Positions 19,762-29,501 are shown, counted from the stretch's first letter. The stretch: 64,000 nt of DNA from Deltaproteobacteria bacterium (GCA_032128375.1 JAQBGU010000099.1:1-64000); one strand, 5' to 3'. Translations and numbers: made by a program. The notes: generated by a model not told the origin, from the sequence alone.

Positions 19762-20921
19762 TGCCCGAAATCTGCGCGGTTGTTGGCGTGGGTCAGACGC
19801 ATCACAGCGCCAAGCGTGTCGACGTGTCGCAATTTGGCCTGGTTCGCGAGGCCGCGCTGCGCGCGCTCGAGGATGCGGACCTCACCTGGAAAGACATCGA
19901 CGCAGTGGTGATCGGCAAGGCGCCCGACATGTTCGAAGGCGTGATGATGCCGGAGTTGTTCCTGGCCGAAGCGCTCGGATGCGCGGGCAAGCCGATGCTG
20001 CGTGTGCACACCGCTGGCAGCGTCGGTGGATCGACAGCCATCGTCGCGGCCAGCCTGATCGAGGGCGGCGTTCACGAACGTGTACTCACCGTCTCTTACG
20101 AGAAGCAGAGCGAGAGCAACGCGATGTGGGCGTTATCGATCAAGATGCCGTTCCAGCAGGGCATGGTGGCGGGGGCTGGCGGGTACTTCGCGCCGCTGAT
20201 CCGGGCGTACATGCGTCGCTCCGGCGCCCCCGACGACACCGGGATTCGAGTCGCATTGAAAGACCGACTGAACGCGCTGAAAAACCCCTACGCACACCTG
20301 AAATTTCCGGATATCGGTTTCGAGCAGATCGAGAAATCGCCGATGCTGTGGGACCCGATCCGGTATCTCGAAACCTGCCCGTCATCCGACGGTGCATGCG
20401 CGATGGTGCTCGCCGCCAAACCGGCCGCCAATCGTTTAGCCGGCCCCAAGGCCTGGGTCCACGCAACCGCGATGCGCACCGAGCCGACCATGTTCGCCGG
20501 CCGGGACCAGGTAAACCCGAAGGCTGGTCAAGACTGCGCGGTCTACCTCTACAAGCAGGCCGGTATCAGCAACCCTCGCAAGGAAATCGACTGTGCAGAA
20601 ATCTACGTACCCTTCAGTTGGTTCGAGGCAATGTGGATGGAAAATCTCCACATCGCGCCCGAAGGGACCGGCTGGAGGATGACCTATGAGGGCGCGACCG
20701 CGCTCGACGGCGATTTTCCGGTCAACATGTCGGGAGGGGTGCTGTCCTCGAACCCGATCGGCGCATCGGGAATGCTGCGGTTTGCGGAAGTCGCGAACCA
20801 GGTACGAGGACGCGCTGGCGAACACCAGGTCGACGGCGCGCGCCGCGCATTGGGCCACGCCTATGGTGGTGGTTCGCAGTATTTCTCGATGTGGATCCTG
20901 GGTGACAAACCGCGCGGCTGA
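19761..20921 (+). CDS. ltp3: Thiolase-fold protein, Ltp3-like (steroid side-chain aldolase)
   Basis: GKAPDMFEGVMMPEL, RVHTAGSVGGST, CPSSDGAC, SNPIGASG, HAYGG. Confidence 0.82.
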   Translation: MPEICAVVGVGQTHHSAKRVDVSQFGLVREAALRALEDADLTWKDIDAVVIGKAPDMFEGVMMPELFLAEALGCAGKPMLRVHTAGSVGGSTAIVAASLIEGGVHERVLTVSYEKQSESNAMWALSIKMPFQQGMVAGAGGYFAPLIRAYMRRSGAPDDTGIRVALKDRLNALKNPYAHLKFPDIGFEQIEKSPMLWDPIRYLETCPSSDGACAMVLAAKPAANRLAGPKAWVHATAMRTEPTMFAGRDQVNPKAGQDCAVYLYKQAGISNPRKEIDCAEIYVPFSWFEAMWMENLHIAPEGTGWRMTYEGATALDGDFPVNMSGGVLSSNPIGASGMLRFAEVANQVRGRAGEHQVDGARRALGHAYGGGSQYFSMWILGDKPRG

Positions 20922-21013
20922 ACCCGTCACTCGATTTTCGCCGCACGAATTTCAGTCGTCCAAATGTGTCGTCGCCTCATCTCCGTCAGCCGCCAGATCG
21001 AAAGGGGGCCCCC

Positions 21014-22564
21014 ATGTCACAGCTCGGTTTCTGGAATTTTGCAAAGAGCGATCCCGGCGCACTTGCACTCGCCGCGCCCGACGGTCGGGACTGGACGCGC
21101 GGCGAAATTCTGGCCTCCTGCAATCAGATCGTTCACGGCTTGCGGGCGCTTGGCCTCGAGCACGGTGACTGCGTCGCTGCGGTGATGCCCAACAGCGCAG
21201 AGATGATCGAACTCCATCTCGCGATCGCGCAGGCCGGCTTATTCTTGACGCCGATCAACCATCATCTGACCGCACCCGAGATCGCCTACATCGTGTCCGA
21301 TTGCGGTGCGAAGGTATTCATCGGTGCCGAGCGTTTCGCGACAGCCTGCCGTGGTGCCGCACAGCAGATCGAACTTTCGGCGGAAGCGCTGTTTTCATTG
21401 GGACCGGTAGAGGGATTTCGGCCCTTTGCCGAACTGAAGGCCGGTCAACCGGATACGACGCCCGACGAGCGCCTCGCAGGCCAGGTCATGAATTACACGT
21501 CCGGGACCACCGGGAAACCCAAAGGCGTGCGGCGGCCACTCGCGAAGATCGACCCCGACACGATTGCAACGCTGACGACGGGGTTTCTGGGCATGTTCGG
21601 CGCGCAGGCCGAGGACGGCAACGTTCACATCTGCGGCTCCCCGCTCTACCACACTGCGGTTCTGGTCTTCGCGTCGTCCTCGATGCACATGGGTCACCCC
21701 GTGGTCCTGATGGACAAGTGGACACCCGAGGGCATGCTGGAACTCATCGCGAAGTATCGTGTGACGACGAGCCACATGGTTCCCACCCAATTCCACCGAC
21801 TGCTGTCGTTGCCCGAAGAGGTGCGCACGCGATACGACGTCTCGTCGGTCCGCCACATGGTGCACGCAGCGGCGCCCTGCCCCGTCGACATCAAGCGACG
21901 CATGTTCGATTGGTGGGGCGAATCGATCTTCGAGTACTATGCCGCGACCGAAGGGGGCGGAACCCTCGCCACCCCGGAACAGTGGTTGAAGTATCCGGGA
22001 ACTGTGGGCACCGCATGGGTGAATTCCGAGATCCGAATCCTCGATGACGAAGGCAAGCTGGTGCCCACAGGCGAGCCCGGAAGCGTGTACATGAAACTCG
22101 GCCAAGCCGACTTCGAGTACAAGGGCGACAGGCAGAAAACCGACGACAACCGCCGCGAAGGCTTCTTCACCGTCGGCGACATCGGCTACCTGAACGATGA
22201 TGGCTACTTGTTTCTGTGTGATCGAAAATCCGACATGATCATCTCTGGCGGCGTGAACATCTACCCGGCCGAGATCGAAGCGGTATTGCTGAGCCACCCA
22301 ATGGTGGGTGATGCCGCGGTCTTCGGAATTCCCAACAATGATTGGGGTGAGGAAGTCAAGGCGGTGATCGAACCCGCCGCAGATGCCGAAGCCTCCGACG
22401 CGTTGCGCGACGACATCCTCGACTTCTGCCGCGACCGCCTGGCGAAGTACAAGACCCCGCGCAGCATCGATTTCACCGCACAAATGCCGCGGGACCCCAA
22501 CGGCAAACTCTACAAGAGAAAGCTACGCGATCCGTACTGGGAAGGCCGAGATACGGCGATCTGA
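21014..22564 (+). CDS. Acyl-CoA synthetase (AMP-forming)
   Basis: YTSGTTGKPKGV, YAATEG, TVGDIG, SGGVNIYPAEIE, GKLYK. Confidence 0.93.
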   Translation: MSQLGFWNFAKSDPGALALAAPDGRDWTRGEILASCNQIVHGLRALGLEHGDCVAAVMPNSAEMIELHLAIAQAGLFLTPINHHLTAPEIAYIVSDCGAKVFIGAERFATACRGAAQQIELSAEALFSLGPVEGFRPFAELKAGQPDTTPDERLAGQVMNYTSGTTGKPKGVRRPLAKIDPDTIATLTTGFLGMFGAQAEDGNVHICGSPLYHTAVLVFASSSMHMGHPVVLMDKWTPEGMLELIAKYRVTTSHMVPTQFHRLLSLPEEVRTRYDVSSVRHMVHAAAPCPVDIKRRMFDWWGESIFEYYAATEGGGTLATPEQWLKYPGTVGTAWVNSEIRILDDEGKLVPTGEPGSVYMKLGQADFEYKGDRQKTDDNRREGFFTVGDIGYLNDDGYLFLCDRKSDMIISGGVNIYPAEIEAVLLSHPMVGDAAVFGIPNNDWGEEVKAVIEPAADAEASDALRDDILDFCRDRLAKYKTPRSIDFTAQMPRDPNGKLYKRKLRDPYWEGRDTAI

Positions 22565-22598
22565 CGGGACCGGCGCGCCCGTGTCGATCGTTGCCAGC

Positions 22599-22790
22599 TC
22601 AGCCCTCGATGGAAATGGCTTGCCGCGGGCACAGCCGTACGGACTCATTCACTTTGTCTCGCAGATCTTCGCCGGGACTCTCGATCAGTACCGTCAAACT
22701 ATCGTCCTCTTCGACGCGGAAACATTCGGGGCACACATCCATGCACACTGCATTGGCTTCACACAAGTCGTAATCGACCACGATCTTCAT
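22599..22790 (-). CDS. fdxD: Ferredoxin (FdxD-like, 3Fe-4S type)
   Basis: MKIVVDYDLCEANAVC...CPECF...CPRQAI, 63 aa, divergent from fadE26 as in mycobacteria. Confidence 0.85.
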   Translation of the reverse strand: MKIVVDYDLCEANAVCMDVCPECFRVEEDDSLTVLIESPGEDLRDKVNESVRLCPRQAISIEG

Positions 22791-22848
22791 TGCCTGCCCC
22801 TTCGTTCGTTTTCGGCTTTCCGTAGGCTGCCGTCTAGTGGCTGAGGTA

Positions 22849-22886
22849 TCCAGTGTGCTGTTTCCTGTGTCCTGTGTCCTGTGTCC
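22849..22886. repeat. 7-bp tandem repeat (TCCTGTG)
   Basis: Three perfect plus two degenerate units in the fdx-fadE26 intergenic region. Confidence 0.75.
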
Positions 22887-22946
22887 AGATTCCAACGTCA
22901 GATCCGATGCATCGCTCGCGCAACTGTCGCGCAGAACGTGCGGGAT

Positions 22947-22960
22947 TAGAACACGTTGTA
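22947..22960. promoter_or_regulatory. KstR-type operator 2
   Basis: TAGAACACGTTGTA inside the larger palindrome GCGGGATTA...TAATCCCGC (22940-22967). Confidence 0.8.
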
Positions 22961-23038
22961 ATCCCGCAAGCAAGCGACTTCGGCATCCGCGGACCCGTGG
23001 CTGGACATCCGAGCCCCCACCGCGCATAATGCTAGAAC

Positions 23039-23052
23039 TAGAACACGTTTCA
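23039..23052. promoter_or_regulatory. KstR-type operator 3
   Basis: TAGAACACGTTTCA upstream of fadE26. Confidence 0.8.
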
Positions 23053-23138
23053 GTTCCACACGGAGGTCTTGCCAACCTCTCCCAGCCCAAACTTTCCACC
23101 CGCAACAAATGAATGAATGATTGATTGGAGAGATCCCG

Positions 23139-24314
23139 ATGTACCTCGACTTCACACCGGAGCAGCGCGCCTTCCGAGCCGAGCTTCGCGCATATTTTTC
23201 CGAACTCGTCGACGAGCAGGCGGTCAGAGAAATGCGCGGGAGTGAGGGCGGTAACCCGACCTACAACCGGATCCTCAAACAGATGGGATCCGACGGCATC
23301 CTGGGTGTGGGTTGGCCCAAAGAGTACGGCGGACAGGGACGGGGACCCGTCGACCAGTATATTTTTTCCGAAGAAGTTCAACGTTCGGGGTTCCCACTGC
23401 CATTCCTCACGTTGAACACTGTCGGACCGACCTTGATGCGGTATGGGAACGAGGACCAACGACAGTTTTTCTTGCCCCGCATCTTGAAGGGCGAATGCCA
23501 GTTCGCGATCGGCTACTCGGAAGCCGAAGCGGGCACTGACCTCGCGTCGCTCAAGACTCGCGCGGTCCGCGAAGGTGACGACTACGTGATCAACGGCGCG
23601 AAAATGTGGACGAGCCTGGCGAACTTCGCCGACTACATCTGGCTGGCCGCACGCACCAACTCCGAAGTCAAGAAGCACGCCGGCATCTCGATCTTCCTGG
23701 TTCCCACCGACGCACCCGGCTACAAACTCACACCCATCCATACCATCGGTGGTGTCCGAACCAACGCGACCTTCTACGAAGACGTTCGGGTACCGGCCGA
23801 GAACCTGATCGGCGGCGAGAACAACGGCTGGGGACTGATTACCGGCCAACTCAATCACGAGCGTGTATCGCTGATGAACGTTGGACCGCTCGAGGTCTTG
23901 CTCGACGATGTGCGACGCTGGGCACAGGAGACCAAGCTTGCCGACGGTCGTCGCGTGATCGACCAGCCGTGGGCGCAGACGAATCTCGCACGCGTCGTCG
24001 CGAAGCTTCGTGTTCTCAGGCTCATGAACTGGAAGATGGCCTGGCAGCTCCAGCACGCAAACCTGGAGATGGCCGACGCGTCGGCGGTCAAGGTCTTCGG
24101 GAGCGAATTCTTCGTCGAAGCCTACCGGGCGTTGATGGAGGTTTTCGGGACACTCGGGACGTTGCAAGGTGATTCACCGGGCGCGATTCTGGCCGGCCGC
24201 GTCGAGTCGATGTACCGCAATACACTGATTCTGACCTTCGGTGGAGGAACCAACGAGGTGCAACGTGACATCATTGCGATGGCGGGCCTCGGGATGCCCA
24301 ATTACAAGAACTAG
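23139..24314 (+). CDS. fadE26: Acyl-CoA dehydrogenase, FadE26/ChsE4-like subunit
   Basis: GYSEAEAGTDLASL, WTS, QLNHER, LILTFGGGTNEVQRDII. Confidence 0.82.
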   Translation: MYLDFTPEQRAFRAELRAYFSELVDEQAVREMRGSEGGNPTYNRILKQMGSDGILGVGWPKEYGGQGRGPVDQYIFSEEVQRSGFPLPFLTLNTVGPTLMRYGNEDQRQFFLPRILKGECQFAIGYSEAEAGTDLASLKTRAVREGDDYVINGAKMWTSLANFADYIWLAARTNSEVKKHAGISIFLVPTDAPGYKLTPIHTIGGVRTNATFYEDVRVPAENLIGGENNGWGLITGQLNHERVSLMNVGPLEVLLDDVRRWAQETKLADGRRVIDQPWAQTNLARVVAKLRVLRLMNWKMAWQLQHANLEMADASAVKVFGSEFFVEAYRALMEVFGTLGTLQGDSPGAILAGRVESMYRNTLILTFGGGTNEVQRDIIAMAGLGMPNYKN

Positions 24315-24435
24315 TGGCACATCCGGAAAGTTCTGGTACATGCTGACAAAGGGATCACCGTCGCGTTGTCCGACGGAGAAGAGCGTTCTGTCGGCTTCAA
24401 TCATGGGTACCGAAACTTGGCGGGTGTTGCACTAG
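24311..24435. mobile_element. 125-bp MITE, copy 1 (CTAG-bounded)
   Basis: Identical to 59889-60013; imperfect terminal inverted repeats of about 25 bp; no coding capacity. Confidence 0.88.
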
Positions 24436-24476
24436 AGAATCCGAGTCGGGGCATGCCGGCCCGCTGGGAACGAGAG

Positions 24477-24516
24477 CTGACTGACTGACAGGCTGACAGA
24501 CTGAGAGACTGACAGA
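24477..24516. repeat. 8-bp tandem repeat (CTGACAGA-like x5)
   Basis: ctgactga ctgacagg ctgacaga ctgagaga ctgacaga just upstream of the fadE27 RBS. Confidence 0.7.
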
Positions 24517-24530
24517 AAGCGGAGAACAAG

Positions 24531-25649
24531 ATGAACTGGGCATACACTGAAGAACAAGAAGAAGTCCGAAATCTCGCGCGCAAGATTCTGGAAGACCTCG
24601 CCACCCACGAGCGGCTTGTCGCCGTGGAAGCGAGTGACGAGGGGATCGATCGGGAACTCTACACGGCACTCGGACGCGCGAACCTGCTCGGAGTCGCGAT
24701 ACAACAAGCGTACGGCGGCAGCGAAATGGGCTTTTTCGGTCTCGGCATACTGCTGGTCGAAATCGGCCGCACCGTCGCCCCCGTACCCGTCGCGGCGACC
24801 CTGGTGCTGGGCGCACTACCCATCTCCCGGTTCGGCACGGACGCGCAAAAGCAGCGATTCTTGCCCGGCGTCGCTAGCGGCGAGACGATTCTGACGGCTG
24901 CCTTGATCGAAGCGGGCAGCGAAGACCCGACCCAGCCGCAAACGACTGCGACGCGCGATGGCGACCACTGGCGCCTGGATGGCGTGAAGTCCTGTGTTCC
25001 AGCTGCACACGTCGCCGATCGAATCGTGGTCCCCGCGCGCATCTCGCCCAATCAGGTCGGCGTGTTTCTGCTCGACCGCCACGCCGAAGGCGTGGAGCAA
25101 ATCGCTCAACGAACCACCAACCGAGAGGCGCAGTTTCAGCTGACGTTGAGCGGCGCGGTGGTGGCGGCAGACGACATGCTCGGAGATGCCGATACCGGTG
25201 CCGAGATCATCCAGTGGATTACCGACCGCGCGACCGCGGCGGTCTGCCTGGTTCAACTCGGGGTTTCCGAACGCGCGCTCGAGATGACCGCCGAGTACAC
25301 CCGCACGCGAAAACAGTTCGACCGGCCCGTAGGAAGCTTCCAGGCAGTCCACATGCGTGCGGGAGACGCCTATATCGACCTCGAAGCCATGCGGCTGACC
25401 ACATTGGAGGCCACTTGGCGCCTCGGCGAAGAGCTTCCGGAAGATGGTTCAGTGGCCGTGGCAAAATATTGGTGCGCCGATGGTGGCCAACGAGTCGGCT
25501 ACGCGACACAGCACCTGCACGGCGGGATCGGAATCGATACCGACTACCCGCTATATCGCTACTACCTGTGGGCCAAACAGTCAGAACTCACACTGGGTTC
25601 GGCTGTCATTCAGCTCACTAGAATCGGTGAGGCGCTGGCGCGCGCCTGA
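24531..25649 (+). CDS. fadE27: Acyl-CoA dehydrogenase, FadE27/ChsE5-like subunit
   Basis: RKQFDRPVGSFQAV, QHLHGGIG; short ACAD paired with the FadE26-like gene. Confidence 0.8.
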   Translation: MNWAYTEEQEEVRNLARKILEDLATHERLVAVEASDEGIDRELYTALGRANLLGVAIQQAYGGSEMGFFGLGILLVEIGRTVAPVPVAATLVLGALPISRFGTDAQKQRFLPGVASGETILTAALIEAGSEDPTQPQTTATRDGDHWRLDGVKSCVPAAHVADRIVVPARISPNQVGVFLLDRHAEGVEQIAQRTTNREAQFQLTLSGAVVAADDMLGDADTGAEIIQWITDRATAAVCLVQLGVSERALEMTAEYTRTRKQFDRPVGSFQAVHMRAGDAYIDLEAMRLTTLEATWRLGEELPEDGSVAVAKYWCADGGQRVGYATQHLHGGIGIDTDYPLYRYYLWAKQSELTLGSAVIQLTRIGEALARA

Positions 25650-25690
25650 ACCCAACACGACACCGCCTGCATCATTCCGAGCGGGGATCC

Positions 25691-26296
25691 TCAGATCTGG
25701 GATCCCTTGAGTGCCGCTCCGTAGTCGGCACCTCGCAACATCAGCGCGCTCGCGGTCTGGGTCTGGTCAATGATTCCGGTCTGGCCATGCAGGCCACCCG
25801 CCCAACCGACCAGCGAAGCGAACCATACCATCTGCATTGAAAAAGCGAGCGCGCGCTCCTCGTCGCTCGGTGGGATCCCCGAGCGCGCGGCTTTCGGACC
25901 ACGGATTGCCTGCGTGATCAGATCGGACACTCGCGTGTGAAACGCCGCAACGCGCGCTGTGAGTTCCGGTTCGCCGCTAGCGACCGCGCGCAGCAGAGCA
26001 CGCGCGAGGTTCGGCCGACGGCACAGCGCCTTGGTCACGATCGAAAAAAACGACATCACGCGTGCCTCGGTGGTCTCGCCGCGCGGCGGTTTCTGCTCGA
26101 TCCGCCGTTCGAGTTCCTCCATCTCGATCTCGAGCGCCGCCAGCAGCAGATCCTCCTTGCTGCGAAATCGCCGGTACAAAGTCCCGAGCGCGACGCCCGC
26201 GTGAGCTGCCACATCGCGAAGCCGAACCGCCTCGAACCCGCCCTTCTCCGCCAGTTCGACAGCAGTCGCCACGATTCGCCGAGATCGCTCTTCCAC
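25691..26296 (-). CDS. kstR: TetR-family repressor, KstR-like
   Basis: RRIVATAVELAEKGGFEAVRLRDVAAHAGVALGTLYRRFRSK resembles the KstR HTH; operator at its own 5' end; GTG 26296 preferred as start. Confidence 0.75.
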   Translation of the reverse strand: MEERSRRIVATAVELAEKGGFEAVRLRDVAAHAGVALGTLYRRFRSKEDLLLAALEIEMEELERRIEQKPPRGETTEARVMSFFSIVTKALCRRPNLARALLRAVASGEPELTARVAAFHTRVSDLITQAIRGPKAARSGIPPSDEERALAFSMQMVWFASLVGWAGGLHGQTGIIDQTQTASALMLRGADYGAALKGSQI

Positions 26297-26304
26297 CTCG
26301 CTAT

Positions 26305-26318
26305 TAGAACACGTTTCA
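26305..26318. promoter_or_regulatory. KstR-type operator 4 (autoregulatory)
   Basis: TAGAACACGTTTCA, identical to operator 3. Confidence 0.82.
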
Positions 26319-26661
26319 CCGGCCGGAGCGAGAGCCAAGCGATTCGCCCGGGCGCAGCGTCATGAATTCGCAATACGCCCGGGCACTCACCTGCGGCAGA
26401 ACCGCACCTCTCGATTGAATCAGGTGGGCAACATCATTTCAATTTGGTGTTTCGAAAACGACAATTTTCGGCACCCAGCACTCCCTAGATGCAACCAGTG
26501 CGCAGGCCGGAATCGAATGCCGCAACGCGTGTGCAACTTGGACCGCGCTACTTCCCATCGGGTGTGTATTTCGTTTCCCAGTTCGCGACGCTCGATCACC
26601 GAATCGAGTCGATACGTGATTGCAGTCGCCCGCCAGCCTCGTGGTGAGCAGATGGCGCCCA

Positions 26662-26677
26662 TGGCATGCCCCTTGCA
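26662..26677 (+). promoter_or_regulatory. Putative sigma-54 promoter
   Basis: TGGCATGCCCCTTGCA, near consensus -24/-12. Confidence 0.6.
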
Positions 26678-26755
26678 CGTTATTCGCAATAAGTGGACGG
26701 GCCGTTCTGAGGCCCACTGCGAGTCATGTCGGTGGGCTAGTGGAGGCATGGCGCA

Positions 26756-27115
26756 ATGCATCAACGAATCCATCAAACAGTGCATCGAACAAGGAGGCTA
26801 CCTCCCTATGCGATCGTCACGATGACTGCGTTGATACTGGGCCTTTCAGGCCCGGTATTCGCCGACGATGAGGGGAAGAAAGTCATCGTGGAAGCACCTA
26901 GAAAGAGGCTGAGTAGCGACACCGTGACACGGCTCGACAACTTGCCCGAGACGGAACCAAACTGGTTTCGCGCAAACATTCACACCGCGAAGAAGCACGG
27001 ATTCGAATTCAGTCGGAGCTACATGACGAAAGACCGCGAGAAGATCATCTTCAATGTGAAGGGCCCCATCATCAGCAAGAAGACGGCTGGGCTCACGTTC
27101 GAGATTCGCTTCTAG
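26756..27115 (+). CDS. Small exported hypothetical protein
   Basis: GGAGG RBS, signal peptide ending VFA, beta-rich C-terminus ending FEIRF. Confidence 0.65.
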   Translation: MHQRIHQTVHRTRRLPPYAIVTMTALILGLSGPVFADDEGKKVIVEAPRKRLSSDTVTRLDNLPETEPNWFRANIHTAKKHGFEFSRSYMTKDREKIIFNVKGPIISKKTAGLTFEIRF

Positions 27116-27248
27116 GAGTCTGCGCGGTAGAGCGCCAGCTCTGGCCTGCAGGCGACGACGGTGCAGAATTCGAAGAATTCCCCCCTGGCCGATCTGAACC
27201 AAGATTCGACGGGGGCACGCTCGCGAACTGCTAGCTTCGGCCACAACG

Positions 27249-28364
27249 ATGGCCGGGTCACTCAAATCCCGATTCGAGAGCCTACTGGCGCAGCTGCCGG
27301 TGCCCGCGCTTCGAGACGTCGTGGTCAAGCGCCCGAGCGTCGGTCCCAACCTCGATGCGCTCGATGGCATTCGAGGACTGGCCGTCACGCTGGTCATCGC
27401 GAGCCACTGCGACGCCTTCCATTTGAAGGGCCAGGGCGCAGTTGGTGTTTTTCTGTTCTTTTGCCTCAGCGCATTTCTGCTGACCCTCCCCTTTCAAGAC
27501 ACCGCCATCACAGCCGAGCGCCTGCGCCATTATGCGTCGAGGCGGATTCGCCGAATTCTCCCGATCTACTACGGCGTGATCGTGTTCTCCTTTTTCCAGA
27601 GCAACGTCGCCGAACCTGCGTACTTGTGGAAGCATTTCCTGTTCATTCGCGCCGATGGAATTTTCTGGACGATTCCACAGGAGATGCTCTTCTACGTCTT
27701 GCTGCCGCTGCTGGCCCAAGCGCACTTCATGTTGTTTCGAAACAACTTTGCGATCACCGCCGGCGCCTTCTTTCTCTTCGCGGGCACATGTCAGCTATTT
27801 CTCGACGAGTCGGTTTTCACACTCAACGGCAATGGCAAGCAGCTGCGCTTCCTGCTGGGGATTTTTGCAACCGGGATGGCGTTCGCATATGCCTATCGCT
27901 GCGCCCCACTCACGCGGATCGTAGTGCAGCCGGTGATCAATCGCGCACTCGGCTGGCTGGGAATGGTAATTCTCGCATTCCTTGTGTTGAGCGCGAACTA
28001 CTACCACGCGGCGGTCTTGAATTCTCTGCCGCTCGTCGGGTCATGGTTTGCCGGGCTCCATGTCAAGCTCGGGCTGTACTACAAGGGCACGTTTGGATTC
28101 ATCTGTGGTCTACTCATCTACATCACTCTGGTTTGTCGAACCCGCCTGATCCATCGGATCATGTCATCCCTGACACTGCGCGGGTTGGGTGTCACCTCCT
28201 ACAGCCTCTACCTTGTGCACATCATCGTGCGAGATGCCGTGGCCGGCCTGGGCTTCGAAATGGGTGACCCGTTGTTCGGGCTGACGATGGCGGCATCCTA
28301 CGCGATAGCGTGTATCCTGTACGCAGTGATCGAGCGACCGTTCATGCAATTGAAGACGAGCTGA
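27249..28364 (+). CDS. Acyltransferase-3 (OafA-like) membrane O-acyltransferase
   Basis: LDGIRGLAV, FF.LSAFL, RRIRRILP, WTIPQE..FY, SYSLYLVH, IERPF. Confidence 0.92.
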   Translation: MAGSLKSRFESLLAQLPVPALRDVVVKRPSVGPNLDALDGIRGLAVTLVIASHCDAFHLKGQGAVGVFLFFCLSAFLLTLPFQDTAITAERLRHYASRRIRRILPIYYGVIVFSFFQSNVAEPAYLWKHFLFIRADGIFWTIPQEMLFYVLLPLLAQAHFMLFRNNFAITAGAFFLFAGTCQLFLDESVFTLNGNGKQLRFLLGIFATGMAFAYAYRCAPLTRIVVQPVINRALGWLGMVILAFLVLSANYYHAAVLNSLPLVGSWFAGLHVKLGLYYKGTFGFICGLLIYITLVCRTRLIHRIMSSLTLRGLGVTSYSLYLVHIIVRDAVAGLGFEMGDPLFGLTMAASYAIACILYAVIERPFMQLKTS

Positions 28365-28418
28365 CCGCGACGGGCAGGCCTTCACCGCCAGGCGGTTTGC
28401 GCGCGCGACTAACCGGCG

Positions 28419-28805
28419 CTACTTGTCGTAACGCAACTCGGCGTCACCGATCGTGATGATATCGCCGGGTGAGAGTTCGCAGTTCTTGACGCTCTTTCCG
28501 TTCACGTAGGTCAAATTGCGCGCCTGAAGGTCCCAGATGTGGACTCGTCCGCCTCTGACGCGAAGCTCAGCGTGATACCGCGACACCTGCTTGGACGGAA
28601 TCACGATGTCGTTATCATCGAGTGCACCGATCCGAGTTCGCCCGCCCAGCAGCTCGATCTGCTCACCCTGACGCGGCCCTTTGACGATAGTGATCTGGCC
28701 CAACGACCCCTTCGCCCCGCCCATGTTGCGCAAAACCAGAATCAAGACGACCGCCGCGGCGACCGCGACGATCGCTGCGATGACCACCGTTGTGCTGTCC
28801 ATCAA
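28419..28805 (-). CDS. Membrane-anchored FHA protein
   Basis: N-terminal TM; IGALDDND...VSRYHA...N.TYVNG (conserved GR reads GA). Confidence 0.85.
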   Translation of the reverse strand: MMDSTTVVIAAIVAVAAAVVLILVLRNMGGAKGSLGQITIVKGPRQGEQIELLGGRTRIGALDDNDIVIPSKQVSRYHAELRVRGGRVHIWDLQARNLTYVNGKSVKNCELSPGDIITIGDAELRYDK

Positions 28806-28808
28806 CCC

Positions 28809-29501
28809 CTACCCTTCGAGCTCGAGACGGCAGACTGTCCCGCCCAGCTGAATCTTCGCACCATCAGCCACGGCGACCGCCCCAGATACGGGCTCGCCCT
28901 CGACTGAGGTGATCTTGTCGCTCACCGACTCGATCTCGATTCGCCCCATCTCGCATCTCAGCACGGCGTGGTTGCGAGAAATCCACATGCTGGGCAGCAC
29001 CACATCGCATTCCGGAGACCGTCCGATCTGGTTTTCGCCCTCGCGCACTTCGAATTCCTCGCCCTTGAGATCGCCCTTGATGACGACCAGCTTACCGACC
29101 ACGACTCGGGCCACCTGAAAGAACAGCGTGGCTTCCTGGCCCGGCCGGTCTGGAGCCAGCGGCGGGACCTCGAGCATCAACGTTTCTTCCGCATCGGCCG
29201 CCACTCGCTGAGCCACCGATGCGACGGGAGAAGTATCCGGAAGCTCCGAGCCATCGCTCTCGAAGGCGAGCGCGTCGTTCGAGGCCGAGGCGGGGGGAGC
29301 GGTATCGCCCCGTATCGGCGCGGTAGATACCGCAACCGTGGCGTCCGCAACGGGTTTGGGCGTCGGCGCCGCGCCGATAAATGACGTCAGCTCATCGCGA
29401 TCGCGCTGAACAGCGACCGCGGGCTCCACTTTGATCTTTGGCGGCGCAGTCCTCGCTGACCCTGCACCGACCAAGCGTCGCAACCAATCGATCAATCCCA
29501 A
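28809..29501 (-). CDS. FHA protein with low-complexity N-terminal region
   Basis: C-terminal IGRSPECDV....ISRNHA; N-terminal MGLIDWLRRL amphipathic helix. Confidence 0.85.
   Translation of the reverse strand: MGLIDWLRRLVGAGSARTAPPKIKVEPAVAVQRDRDELTSFIGAAPTPKPVADATVAVSTAPIRGDTAPPASASNDALAFESDGSELPDTSPVASVAQRVAADAEETLMLEVPPLAPDRPGQEATLFFQVARVVVGKLVVIKGDLKGEEFEVREGENQIGRSPECDVVLPSMWISRNHAVLRCEMGRIEIESVSDKITSVEGEPVSGAVAVADGAKIQLGGTVCRLELEG

Noticed and set aside
22791..24167. 522-aa minus-strand ORF
   Set aside because: Antisense shadow of fadE26; only the last 63 codons (ferredoxin) are a real gene
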